A stretch of 64,000 nucleotides of DNA from an uncultured Clostridia bacterium (lineage in GTDB: Bacteria; Bacillota; Clostridia; TANB77; CAG-508): positions 3,198-67,197 of the forward strand of contig CAUWGA010000004.1 in NCBI GenBank assembly GCA_963558245.1, read 5' to 3'. The position numbers and the translations under genes were made by a program. The notes below the pieces were generated by a model that saw nothing but the letters and a program-made list of their open reading frames with translations, was not told the origin of the DNA and searched no databases. Positions 28,339-38,832 of the stretch are shown here, piece after piece. Each line of letters begins with the position of its first letter. Position 1 is the stretch's first letter.

Positions 28339-31300
28339 TTAATCTCCTTTACTTAAAAATTTATCAAAGAATTTATTTATATATTTTTTATTAATTTCTG
28401 GCCAAGATAAATCAGCATTTTTCATATAATTTATAGTAAATTTATTTTTCATTTCTATATTAGAGTTGTATTTAGAACTATTGCTAGTTAAATCATTTAT
28501 AATACCTAAAATATCTTCTTTATCTTTTATATATTTGTAGAATTCTTCATCAGAAATTTCTTCTAATTTTTGATTATCAGGCTTTAATTCATTAATCAAA
28601 TCAATAAATTTAAATGAATTATTATGATAAATATGAAAAACTTTAGAGTAGCTACTTTCTATTAAAATCAATTTTGATATAATTTCAGCACAATAATCAA
28701 CAGGACTCAAATCAATTTTTAAACTAGAAAAAGATTTAGCGATTTTATCCAATTTAGCAATTGTCAAAACTCTATTTAAAAATGCATTTTTTTCATCATT
28801 TTCTTGGAATTTACCATCTGAATATCTTGCTGTAATATTACCAAGACGATATATAGAAGCCCTTAAATTAGAATTTTCCATAGCTTCCCAGATGTTATAT
28901 TCTGCTTCAAATTTAGTTTTTATATAAATATTAGATTCATAATTTTGCCCCACATATAAGCAATGTTCATCAAATACAACAGGATTATTAGCAGAAGGAA
29001 GTGAAGCAGAAACTGAAGTAGTTGATATGTGATTCATATAAATTGAATAATTTGTACAAAAATCAATTATATTATTAGTTCCAATAACATTAACTAAGTT
29101 GAAAACATCTTTACTACCATAATGATCAACAATTGCTGCTGAATGTATAACAAGATCAATTTTATTTCCTAAATTATCATAGTCTTCATAAGAAAGTCCA
29201 AATTGTTGTTTAGAAATATCAGCAACTATAACAAAAATACGGTTATCAATATATTTTAAAAAGTCTTTTCCGAAGTAAAATTCTAATTTTTTTAGTAATC
29301 TATCTTTAGAAGCTATACTATTTTTGTTACGTATAATACAATACACATTACTGTTAGTGTGTTTAATCAATTCAGCTAAAATATGAATACCAAGATATCC
29401 TGTTGCTCCTGTTAAAAGAATGTTTTTGGCAGAAATTTTCTTGTTTGAAAAATTTTCTTTAAAATTAAAGTAAATATTATCTTTTAATGTTCTTTTATAT
29501 AAGTTTGAATGTTTAGGATAAGAAAAATTATCCGACAATGCTCTTATTGTTTTTAATTCATAGATATCTTGAATATTTACGATAAAGTTTTTTTCTAATA
29601 GCTCTATAGTAATTCTCATTAATGTCAAAGAATCTGCACCTAATTCTATAATATTATCATCAATACCAATATTTTTTATATTTAGGTTTTTTTCTAATAT
29701 TTCTTGGAAAACTTTTTCGAATTCATTTCTTGGGGCCTCATATTTTTTCTTTTTTTCTATTTTAACATCTAAACTCAAAAGTTTTTTACGATCTATTTTT
29801 CCATTATTAGTTAAAGGTAATTTATCTAAAAATACAAAATAATTTGGAACCATATAAGTTGGAACAAGCTTAGAAATATATGCTTTTAAATCAGAAGTAG
29901 AAAGCTTTTGATCCATAACTAAATATGCTACTAAATAATTATCAAAGTCGCTAGTCTTTTTAGGTAAAACTACACATTTTTTTATATTTGGATGTCTTAA
30001 AAGTTTAGTTTCAATTTCACCAGTTTCAACACGAAATCCTCTAATTTTTACTTGATTATCAATTCTACCAAGATAATGTAAATCTCCATCTGGAGTTAGA
30101 TAAGCATCATCAGCAGAACGGTATAAAATCTCATTTGAATTATATGGATTTATGACAAATCTATCTTTATTAAGCTCAGGACGATTTAGATATCCTTTAC
30201 ATACTCCAAGACCGCTTACACACATTTCTCCTTCAACTCCATAAGGAAGAATATGTAAATTTTGATCCATAACATAAACTTTTAGTGTAGGAATAGGTTT
30301 TCCAATATTGGAATTAGGAGAAAGTAAATCATCTTCCAATAATTCTTTATATGTAACATGTACAGTTGTCTCAGTAATTCCATACATATTGATAATTCTT
30401 GTAAATGGATATTTATCTTTCCAAGGTTTTACTAAATTTGGTTTTAAAGCCTCTCCACCAAAAATAATATAACGTACAGATAAATCAGAATGTTCATTTA
30501 ACAATTCTCTATCTAATAAATTATAAAAATATGTAGGTGTTTGGTTTAAAACAGTGACTTTTTCATCTCGTAATAATTGTAAAAATTTGTTAGCATCCTT
30601 AGCAGTTGTTTCAGGAACTAAAATAAGTTTACTTCCATATAATAAACAAGCATATAATTCCCAAACAGAAAAGTCAAAAGCAACTGAATGAAACATTGTC
30701 CATACATCATTTTCATTAAAATCAAATTGAAATTTATCATTTTTTATTAGACGCACAATATTTCTATGTTTTAACATAACTCCTTTTGGCGTTCCAGTAG
30801 AACCAGAAGTATAAATAATATAAATTAAATCATCTGGATTATTTATACATTCTAAATTATCAGAGTTATTATTATAAATTTCATTTTTTGAATTAATATC
30901 TAATAAATACATATCTATTGGAATTTCTAAATCTTCCTTATGAGCATTATTGGTTAAAAACAATTTAGCAGAACTATCTTTTAACATAAAAGATACACGT
31001 TCTTGTGGATAAGATAAATCTATAGGCAAATAACATCCACCAGCTTTTAAAATTCCTAAAATACCAACTATCATTTCAAGAGATTTATTTAAACGCAATC
31101 CAATAACATCATTTGATTTTATACCTAAGTTTCTTAAAAAATGAGCAACTTGATTAGATTTTTCATTTAGTTCTCTATAAGTCATAGAAGCATTTTTAAA
31201 CTTAATTGCAACATTTTCAGGTGTTGAAAGAGCCTGTTCTTCAAACAATTGAGATATTGTTTTGTTAGAAGGATAGTGACAGTCATTTTCTTTTGCTAAA

Positions 31301-32634
31301 TTTAATATTTCTTGTAATTCATCCATAGTTGCTATAGAAATTTCTTTTATGTATAAACCTGGATTAATTAATACTTGTTCTATCATATACAATATTCTTT
31401 GATGAATTCTAATAATTTCATCTTCTGAATATTTTGAAATTTTATAATCATATGCAATATCAATATTACCAGAATTATTTAAATCAAAGAAATGAATATC
31501 CATATCATCTGCAATAGACCCATTAAAGCTCCAGTCACAAGAAGAATTAATTCCCTCATCAGTGGTTGTTTTAGTAATCTGATAAGAAAGCAAAATTTGA
31601 TACAAATTAGGTGTAGAAGGGTCATTTTTTCTTAAATCTTCTAAAATATATTGATAAGAATATTTTTGATGTCTATATATAGAAGTAAAATCCAAAGCAA
31701 TATTATTTACAAAACTTAAGAAAGATGTCTTATCTGTAGGCTTAATTCTTACAGGAACAGTGTTTATAAACATTCCCATTGTGCCTTTTTGAACACTTGA
31801 TGTTCTGTTTAATATAGGAGTTCCTAAAATAAAATCATCAGATTTGTTAATTCGTCCAATATAAATAGAATATATAGCCATTAAAAAGTTATACATTGAA
31901 ACATTATAAATTTTACAAAAATCATTAATTTCTTGAACTAAGCTAGAGTTCATTTCAAATACTTTTCTTTTTCCTTTTAAAGCAGTGGTAGCATCAATAG
32001 CTGGAGTATCAACAAAACTAGGTATGCTAATGCAGTCAGGTCGATTAGCTAAATATTCACTCCAAAAAGATTTATCTTTTTCAAATTTAGAACTATTAAT
32101 ATATTTTTCTTCCGCACTAATATAATCTATATATGAATTTGAATTTTTTTGATTAGGAATCTTATTATGGACGACAACATATTTGTTAACTATATTCTTA
32201 GCAATTAAACCCAAAGTCCAAGAGTCAGAAATAAGATGGTGGATATTTACTACTACGCCACCAGTCATATCAGGATATCTAAAAATTTTTATATCGAATA
32301 AAGAAGAATTTAAAATATCAAATATACGTGATATCATTGTATCTTCTAATTTTTTTAAATCATCTTTTGTATTAATATCAACAATTTCAACATCATAATC
32401 AACCTTATCCAAGAAAGATTGATAAACTGAACCATCTTTAAGTGTAAACTTTGTATGAAAATTATCATTTTCATTAATCATTAGTTGTAATGCTTGTTGT
32501 AAATCCTTAAAGTCAAGAGGCTCATATAAATGAATTGTCCCACAGATATTATTTATGTTTGAACCATTAAAAAATAGTTCTGTATTCCAAATACTTTTTT
32601 GAGCATTTGTTAATTCATAAACATTACTTTCCAT
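28339..32634 (-). CDS. Single-module nonribosomal peptide synthetase, C-A-T-R (terminal thioester reductase)
   Basis: C: HHLISDSW. A: LIYIIYTSGSTGTPKGV, NMYGITETT, GRIDNQVKIRGFRVETGEIE, NGKIDRKKL. T: LGADSLTLMR. R: LLTGATGYLGIHIL and YIKTKFEAE. Confidence 0.92.
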   Translation of the reverse strand: MESNVYELTNAQKSIWNTELFFNGSNINNICGTIHLYEPLDFKDLQQALQLMINENDNFHTKFTLKDGSVYQSFLDKVDYDVEIVDINTKDDLKKLEDTMISRIFDILNSSLFDIKIFRYPDMTGGVVVNIHHLISDSWTLGLIAKNIVNKYVVVHNKIPNQKNSNSYIDYISAEEKYINSSKFEKDKSFWSEYLANRPDCISIPSFVDTPAIDATTALKGKRKVFEMNSSLVQEINDFCKIYNVSMYNFLMAIYSIYIGRINKSDDFILGTPILNRTSSVQKGTMGMFINTVPVRIKPTDKTSFLSFVNNIALDFTSIYRHQKYSYQYILEDLRKNDPSTPNLYQILLSYQITKTTTDEGINSSCDWSFNGSIADDMDIHFFDLNNSGNIDIAYDYKISKYSEDEIIRIHQRILYMIEQVLINPGLYIKEISIATMDELQEILNLAKENDCHYPSNKTISQLFEEQALSTPENVAIKFKNASMTYRELNEKSNQVAHFLRNLGIKSNDVIGLRLNKSLEMIVGILGILKAGGCYLPIDLSYPQERVSFMLKDSSAKLFLTNNAHKEDLEIPIDMYLLDINSKNEIYNNNSDNLECINNPDDLIYIIYTSGSTGTPKGVMLKHRNIVRLIKNDKFQFDFNENDVWTMFHSVAFDFSVWELYACLLYGSKLILVPETTAKDANKFLQLLRDEKVTVLNQTPTYFYNLLDRELLNEHSDLSVRYIIFGGEALKPNLVKPWKDKYPFTRIINMYGITETTVHVTYKELLEDDLLSPNSNIGKPIPTLKVYVMDQNLHILPYGVEGEMCVSGLGVCKGYLNRPELNKDRFVINPYNSNEILYRSADDAYLTPDGDLHYLGRIDNQVKIRGFRVETGEIETKLLRHPNIKKCVVLPKKTSDFDNYLVAYLVMDQKLSTSDLKAYISKLVPTYMVPNYFVFLDKLPLTNNGKIDRKKLLSLDVKIEKKKKYEAPRNEFEKVFQEILEKNLNIKNIGIDDNIIELGADSLTLMRITIELLEKNFIVNIQDIYELKTIRALSDNFSYPKHSNLYKRTLKDNIYFNFKENFSNKKISAKNILLTGATGYLGIHILAELIKHTNSNVYCIIRNKNSIASKDRLLKKLEFYFGKDFLKYIDNRIFVIVADISKQQFGLSYEDYDNLGNKIDLVIHSAAIVDHYGSKDVFNLVNVIGTNNIIDFCTNYSIYMNHISTTSVSASLPSANNPVVFDEHCLYVGQNYESNIYIKTKFEAEYNIWEAMENSNLRASIYRLGNITARYSDGKFQENDEKNAFLNRVLTIAKLDKIAKSFSSLKIDLSPVDYCAEIISKLILIESSYSKVFHIYHNNSFKFIDLINELKPDNQKLEEISDEEFYKYIKDKEDILGIINDLTSNSSKYNSNIEMKNKFTINYMKNADLSWPEINKKYINKFFDKFLSKGD

Positions 32635-32837
32635 AAAACCTCACCCTTAAAAAAATTTATAAGACGATTATATATATAAAAATTTAAATTTTCAACATTT
32701 TTTTCTCAAAATGTAAAAAAATTGAAAATAAAACATAGAAAATTAGCTATTGTAAAAAATAAAAAAATGATATAGAATATGCGTAATAAAAAAGGACTTG
32801 CTATTAAATAGCTAAAATCCTTGAAAGGAGAAAGAAT

Positions 32838-34568
32838 ATGAGAGGAACAAAAAATAGAAATGTGTACGAACCACATAAAGTAGAAAGCTTTAGAGATTTA
32901 TTAAGTACAGTGGATGAAAAATATCCAAATAATGTAGCATTTAAATATAAAAAAGATGCTGAAACAAAAGAACCTGAATATGTAGAAAAAACATATCATC
33001 AATACGTACAAGATGTGAAAGCCGTATCTACAAGTTTATTAGAACTAGGATATAAAGGAAAGAAAATAGTAGTTATAGGAAATAACAGATATGAGTGGTG
33101 TACAACATACATGGCAGTAACAACTGGAGGTATGATAATAGTTCCTATGGATAAAGCACTACCAGACAATGAAATAGAAAATCTAATAAAAAGAAGTGGT
33201 GCTGAAGTTATAGTATTTGATAAAAAATACATGAATATTATGTTAAAAATAAAAGAGAACAAAGAAATAAATGCAAATACTCTAATTTGTATGGATAACG
33301 AAGAACAAGTAGGAGTGGAAAAATATGAAGATTTATTAAAAAATGGATATGAGTTACTAGAAAAAGGTAGTACAAAATATGATGATGTGAATGTAAATCC
33401 AGAAGAAATGGCAATATTATTATTTACATCAGGAACAACAAATGCACCTAAAGGTGTAAAATTATCACAAAGTAATATATGTGCAAACATATCAACATTC
33501 ACTTCATGGGTAAAAATATATCCAACAGATACACTATTATCATTTTTACCAATACATCATACATTTGAATGTACAATAACATTTTTATACGGAACATATA
33601 GTGGAGCAACAATAGCATTTTGTGATGGTCTAAAACATATACAAAAAAATATGAAAGAATATGAAGTATCAATATTAGTAGCAGTACCATTAGTATTAGA
33701 AACGATGTATAAAAAAATTCAAAAAGGTATAAAAGACCAAGGAAAAGAAAAATTAATAAATAAAGTAACAAAAGTGTCAAATGCATTATTAAAATGTCAT
33801 ATAGATCTAAGAAAAGTATTTTTTAAACAAATATTAGATAATTTTGGAGGAAAACTAAGAGTAGTTTTATATGGAGCAGCTCCAATGAATAAAGATACAA
33901 TAATAGGGTTTAATAATATAGGTGTTGAATTAGTACAAGGATATGGACTAACAGAAACATCACCAGTAATATCAGCAGAAACAGACAAAGAAAAAAGACC
34001 TGGTTCAGTAGGATTAGTATTTGACAATTTAGAAGTAAAAATTAATGAACCAAACGAAGAAGGAATAGGAGAAATTTTCGTAAAAGGTCCAAGTGTAATG
34101 TCTGGATATTATGAAAATGAAGAAGCAACAAAAGAAGCATTTGAAGATGAATGGTTCAAAACAGGAGACTATGGATATTTAGACAAAGACGAATTCTTAT
34201 TTGTAACAGGAAGAAAAAAAGACATAATAGTATTAAAAAATGGTAAAAATGTATATCCACAAGAAATTGAATTTTTAATAAATAAAATACATTATATAAA
34301 AGAAAGTTTAGTATATCAAAGAGAGCAAAGCAAAACTGACACAATGTTATGTGCGAAAATAGTTTATGATAAAGACTTAATAGAAAAAGAACTAGGAAAG
34401 AAAACAGAAAAAGAATATCAAGAAGAAATATGGAAAGAAATAAAAGAAATAAACAAAACCTTACCTGTATTTAAACACATAAAGAAAATAGAAATAACAA
34501 CAGAAGAATTTGCTAAAACAACAACCCAAAAAGTAAAAAGATATAAAGAACTAGAAAAAATAAAATAA
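32838..34568 (+). CDS. Long-chain fatty-acid--CoA ligase (AMP-forming)
   Basis: LLFTSGTTNAPKGVKLSQ, GYGLTETSP, TGDYGYLDKDEFLFVTGRKKD. Divergently transcribed from the NRPS. Confidence 0.85.
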   Translation: MRGTKNRNVYEPHKVESFRDLLSTVDEKYPNNVAFKYKKDAETKEPEYVEKTYHQYVQDVKAVSTSLLELGYKGKKIVVIGNNRYEWCTTYMAVTTGGMIIVPMDKALPDNEIENLIKRSGAEVIVFDKKYMNIMLKIKENKEINANTLICMDNEEQVGVEKYEDLLKNGYELLEKGSTKYDDVNVNPEEMAILLFTSGTTNAPKGVKLSQSNICANISTFTSWVKIYPTDTLLSFLPIHHTFECTITFLYGTYSGATIAFCDGLKHIQKNMKEYEVSILVAVPLVLETMYKKIQKGIKDQGKEKLINKVTKVSNALLKCHIDLRKVFFKQILDNFGGKLRVVLYGAAPMNKDTIIGFNNIGVELVQGYGLTETSPVISAETDKEKRPGSVGLVFDNLEVKINEPNEEGIGEIFVKGPSVMSGYYENEEATKEAFEDEWFKTGDYGYLDKDEFLFVTGRKKDIIVLKNGKNVYPQEIEFLINKIHYIKESLVYQREQSKTDTMLCAKIVYDKDLIEKELGKKTEKEYQEEIWKEIKEINKTLPVFKHIKKIEITTEEFAKTTTQKVKRYKELEKIK

Positions 34569-34599
34569 TGTCCACTTTGGACCTGTCCCTAATTGGACA
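34567..34599 (+). repeat. 33-nt conserved motif, copy B (AATGTCCACTTTGGACCTGTCCCTAATTGGACA)
   Basis: 31/33 identical to 12639-12671. It starts right at the acyl-CoA ligase stop codon, 40 nt upstream of the HtrA-like start. Confidence 0.6.
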
Positions 34600-34638
34600 T
34601 GATTAAAAGTTGGAAAAAGTGGAAATAATATTTTTGAG

Positions 34639-35790
34639 GTGAGTTTTTTGAGAAGAAGAAAGCAAAAGAATACACTTACTAAAATATTAATAATTACTAT
34701 AGTAACAGTTAGCATAGGAATTTTATCATTTTTTCTATATATTACATATCAAAATATAGAAATAAATAGTCAAGATTATACTGTAACTAAGACACAATCC
34801 ACAGTTAATGCACAAATTGTGGAAAATGTAGAAGAAGATAGCAAAAATGTGGCAGATATAATTGAAGATACAACTAGAAAGGTTGTTGGAATATCAAAAC
34901 TAAAAAATGCGGGAAGTAGTATATTTTCTAAAAGTCAAGAAAGTGAACTAGGATTAGGGACAGGTTTTATTGTTACTGAAAATGGGTATATAGTTAGTAA
35001 TGCACATGTTACAGGGGAAAAGTATAGCAAGTGCTATGTAACATTGGAAAATGGTATGACTTATGATGGTAAAGTAGAGTGGAGTGATACTAATTTGGAT
35101 TTATCTATTGTAAAAATTGAAGCGAAAAATTTACCATATGTAAATTTAGGAGATTCTAGCAAAATACGAGTAGGAGAAACAGTATATGCAATAGGTAATC
35201 CAATAGGATATGAATTTAGGAGGACTGTAACTTCAGGAATTATTAGTGCAAAAAATAGAACTATAAAAATAGATGAAAAAGATAAATCGTCATATATGAC
35301 AGACTTAATTCAGACAGATGCAACTATAAATCCAGGAAATAGTGGAGGACCACTTATATATCCAAATGGAGAGATTATTGGAATAAATACCGTTAAAATT
35401 TCTTCAGCAGAAGGGATAGGCTTTGCGATACCAATAAATATCATAAAACATATAATTGATAGTTTTATAAATACAGGAATATTTGAAGAAGCTACAATTG
35501 GAATCTATGCATATGACAAAGAAGTTATCCCATATTTAAGAGGGAATTCGATAACAAGTTCAAATTTTGAAAAAGGAATATATGTAGCACAAATTACTAA
35601 AAATGGTCCAGCCAATAACACTGAATTAAAAGAAGCAGATATAATAACGACTATTGATAACAAAGAATTAAATACAATGAATGATTTACGAGAATATATT
35701 TATAGCAAAAAGCCAGGAGATGAAGTTACTTTAAAAATAGTAAGAGGAAAAATTAATAAAGAAATAAAAATAACTTTAGGCAAAAAGTAA
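34639..35790 (+). CDS. htrA: HtrA/DegP-family serine protease with N-terminal TM anchor and C-terminal PDZ domain
   Basis: GTGFIVTENGYIVSNAHV, DLSIVKI, TDATINPGNSGGPL; PDZ-like ...GIYVAQITKNGPA...GDEVTLKIVRG. Confidence 0.85.
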   Translation: MSFLRRRKQKNTLTKILIITIVTVSIGILSFFLYITYQNIEINSQDYTVTKTQSTVNAQIVENVEEDSKNVADIIEDTTRKVVGISKLKNAGSSIFSKSQESELGLGTGFIVTENGYIVSNAHVTGEKYSKCYVTLENGMTYDGKVEWSDTNLDLSIVKIEAKNLPYVNLGDSSKIRVGETVYAIGNPIGYEFRRTVTSGIISAKNRTIKIDEKDKSSYMTDLIQTDATINPGNSGGPLIYPNGEIIGINTVKISSAEGIGFAIPINIIKHIIDSFINTGIFEEATIGIYAYDKEVIPYLRGNSITSSNFEKGIYVAQITKNGPANNTELKEADIITTIDNKELNTMNDLREYIYSKKPGDEVTLKIVRGKINKEIKITLGKK

Positions 35791-35973
35791 GAGAATAGTA
35801 AAGAGAAATATACACATATTTTATATATCAGGATTTTATGTATTGTAATAATTTTTAATATATTAATTAAATAAAAGTTGACATGTAAATAATTTAAAAG
35901 TAAAATCTTTTTTATTTACATGTCGTTTTGTTTTTTACAAATTTATAAACACAAATATATATAATTTTGAAAA

Positions 35974-36997
35974 TTATTCATTATTATCATCATCAATAAA
36001 ATCAAATTTTCTAGAATAATCTTTTGTTTCTTTATTTGACATATACACTTCTGAACGATTTTGCATTAAAAATTCAATAATGTTATAAACATCAATCCAG
36101 ATTTCATTTGGACTATCAACTTGTGAATCATCAAAAATTAATTGCATACCAAAATGTAAATGAGGAATATTAATATTATTAACATTTTCTTTTATGCTAT
36201 AGCCAGTCATACCAAGATATCCAATAACATCACCAGCTTTTACGCTCATACCTTCTTCTAGCCCATTAACATATGGATGATTTTTTCGTAAATGTGCATA
36301 ATAATAGTATCTTTTTTGATCAAAACTTCTAATTCCTACTCTCCAACCACCATATTGATTCCAACCTAGATGTTCAATAATTCCACTTTCCACAGCTACA
36401 ATAGGAGTACCAATACTTCCGAAGCAAGTCGTTTCCAAGATGTGTTCTTTTAAAACCATAAGACCTACTATTGCCAAAATCGTCATAATGGCTAAAAGAA
36501 TAATTTTTAGCAATAGGAAGAAATGCTTTAACACCATATGAACTAACAAAATTTCCATTAGAATTTTTAATAGAATAATTACCAATAAAATTACTAAGAA
36601 CAGCAGAATAACTTTCGTAATAATAGTCATAAAATTTTAAGTTTTGAGTAAGACTTTCTATTGTTTCACCATCTTTTAATTTGTTTACTAAATTATCTAA
36701 ATCTGAATGTTTAAAATTTTTGAAATCTCCTCCATTTTTACAGGCTAGATAAGAAAGCAACTCTATCCAATTATATTTAATTTCTTGATTTTCGTTATGA
36801 GATTTAATATCTAAATTAGCAGTTAGTTTAAGAGCTTCTGCTGAAACATTAAAATCCACCCATTTAATAAAATCTTTTTTTGTATTTTCAGATTCATTAG
36901 CTAAAGAATAAAATGCAAAAATTGAACAAATTAAAACTGTAAAAATCAATATAGTAATAATAAGCTTTAAATTAATTTTAAATGTTTTTATAAGCAA
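35974..36997 (-). CDS. M23-family (LytM-like) peptidase, membrane anchored; two frames joined by a +1 shift at CGG (36419-36421), otherwise a pseudogene
   Basis: HLGNDLL in the upstream frame and GSIGTPIVAVESG...YYYAHL...GYLGMTGYS...PHLHFGMQ in the +1 frame together make the HxxxD ... HxH M23 signature. Confidence 0.75.
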
Positions 36998-37054
36998 AAA
37001 AATCCACCCCTTTATATATAATTATATTCTAGGGATGAATAAAAAATTTCTAAA

Positions 37055-38812
37055 TTATTTTTTTATAGTTTCAACATGAACATCTCTCAATAAATCTCTT
37101 CGAATAACACTTGGAGCACCCATCATTAAATCTTCAGATTTGCTGTTTAAAGGAAATGCTATTATTTCTCTGATAGATTCTTCATCAGCTAAAAGCATAA
37201 TAATTCTGTCTATTCCAGGTGCAATACCGGCATGAGGTGGGGCACCATATTGGAATGCTGTATATAAAGCTCCAAATTTTGATTTTACTTCAGTTTCTGT
37301 ATATCCAGCCATTGAAAAGGCTTTTAACATAATATTAATATCATGATTTCTAACGGCACCAGAGGCAAGTTCTATACCATTACATACCATATCATATTGA
37401 TATGCTAAAATATCTAAAGGATTTTTATTTTTTAAAGATTCTAAACCACCTTGTGGCATAGAAAATGGGTTATGACTAAATTCTAATTTTCCATCATCAG
37501 TTTGTTCAAACATAGGGAAATCTACTATCCAGCAAAATTCGAATTTAGAATTATCAATTAAATTTAATCTTTTTCCTAATTCTGATCTTACTTGGCCAGC
37601 AAGTTTTTCAACAACGCCTGGAATTTCAGCAATAAAGAATATACAATCACCAGGTTTAGAATTTGTACGTTCTAACATAACTTTTTTAGCATCTTCTGTA
37701 ATAAATTTAGCAATAGGTCCTTGGAAAGAACCATCATCTAAAATACGTAACCAAGCTAAACCTTTAGCTTTTAAATCTTTAATTGCAAAAGTAGTCATAT
37801 CTTCAAAGAAACTTCTTGGTCTATCCGCAACATCATGAGTAGCAATAATTCTAACAATTTTATTTTTAAAAGCATTTAACTCTAATTTTTCAAAAACATC
37901 TGTACAATCAACAATTTCTAATGGATTTCTTAAATCTGGTTTATCAGTACCATATTTAAGCATAGCATCTTTGTATGAAATTCTAGGAAATGGATATTTG
38001 TTAATTTTTCTATCTGAAAACTCTTTAAATGTATTATAAATTACAGGTTCAATAATTTTTAAAACGTCTTCTTGAGTTGCAAAACTCATTTCCATATCAA
38101 GCTGGTAAAATTCTCCAGGAGTTCTATCTGCTCTAGCATCTTCATCTCTAAAGCAAGGTGCTATTTGAAAATATTTATCAATTCCTGAAACCATAAGTAA
38201 TTGTTTAAATTGTTGTGGTGCCTGTGGTAAAGCATAAAATTTTCCTGCATGTAATCTACTAGGAACTAAATAATCTCTAGCACCTTCAGGAGAAGAACTT
38301 GTTAAAATAGGTGTTTGAACTTCTAAAAAGCCATTTTTTACCATTTGAGCTCTTAAAAATTGTAAAACTTTAGCACGCAATATTAAATTATCTTTTAATC
38401 TGCTATTTCTTAAATCAAGAAACCTATATTGAAGACGTAAATCTTCTCTAACATCTTGATTTGTGTTGATTTCAAAAGGTAATGAAGCAGTTCTTTTACC
38501 TAGAATTTCAAGCTTTTCGATTTTAATTTCTACTAGACCTGTTTTTAATTTAGGGTTAATAGTTTCTTCATCACGTTTTTTTACTATTCCGCATACAGAA
38601 ACAGCTGATTCAATAGGAATATGTGATGCAAAATCCACATCTTCATCTTCAGCAGAGGTCACAACTTGAGTTATACCATACATATCTCTAATGTCTAAAA
38701 AAACTAATCCTCCTAAATCACGTATTGTTTGGACCCATCCAAAAATTTTTACTTGCTTTCCGACATGGTCCAAGGAAAGCTCATCACATTTTAGTTTTAA
38801 ATAATCTGACAT
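37055..38812 (-). CDS. aspS: Aspartate--tRNA ligase (bacterial type)
   Basis: GGLVFLDIRD, ALPQAPQQFKQLLM, FRDEDARADRTPEF-like, GIAPGIDRIIMLL. Confidence 0.95.
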   Translation of the reverse strand: MSDYLKLKCDELSLDHVGKQVKIFGWVQTIRDLGGLVFLDIRDMYGITQVVTSAEDEDVDFASHIPIESAVSVCGIVKKRDEETINPKLKTGLVEIKIEKLEILGKRTASLPFEINTNQDVREDLRLQYRFLDLRNSRLKDNLILRAKVLQFLRAQMVKNGFLEVQTPILTSSSPEGARDYLVPSRLHAGKFYALPQAPQQFKQLLMVSGIDKYFQIAPCFRDEDARADRTPGEFYQLDMEMSFATQEDVLKIIEPVIYNTFKEFSDRKINKYPFPRISYKDAMLKYGTDKPDLRNPLEIVDCTDVFEKLELNAFKNKIVRIIATHDVADRPRSFFEDMTTFAIKDLKAKGLAWLRILDDGSFQGPIAKFITEDAKKVMLERTNSKPGDCIFFIAEIPGVVEKLAGQVRSELGKRLNLIDNSKFEFCWIVDFPMFEQTDDGKLEFSHNPFSMPQGGLESLKNKNPLDILAYQYDMVCNGIELASGAVRNHDINIMLKAFSMAGYTETEVKSKFGALYTAFQYGAPPHAGIAPGIDRIIMLLADEESIREIIAFPLNSKSEDLMMGAPSVIRRDLLRDVHVETIKK

Positions 38813-38832
38813 ATAAATTCCTCCTATCTAAA

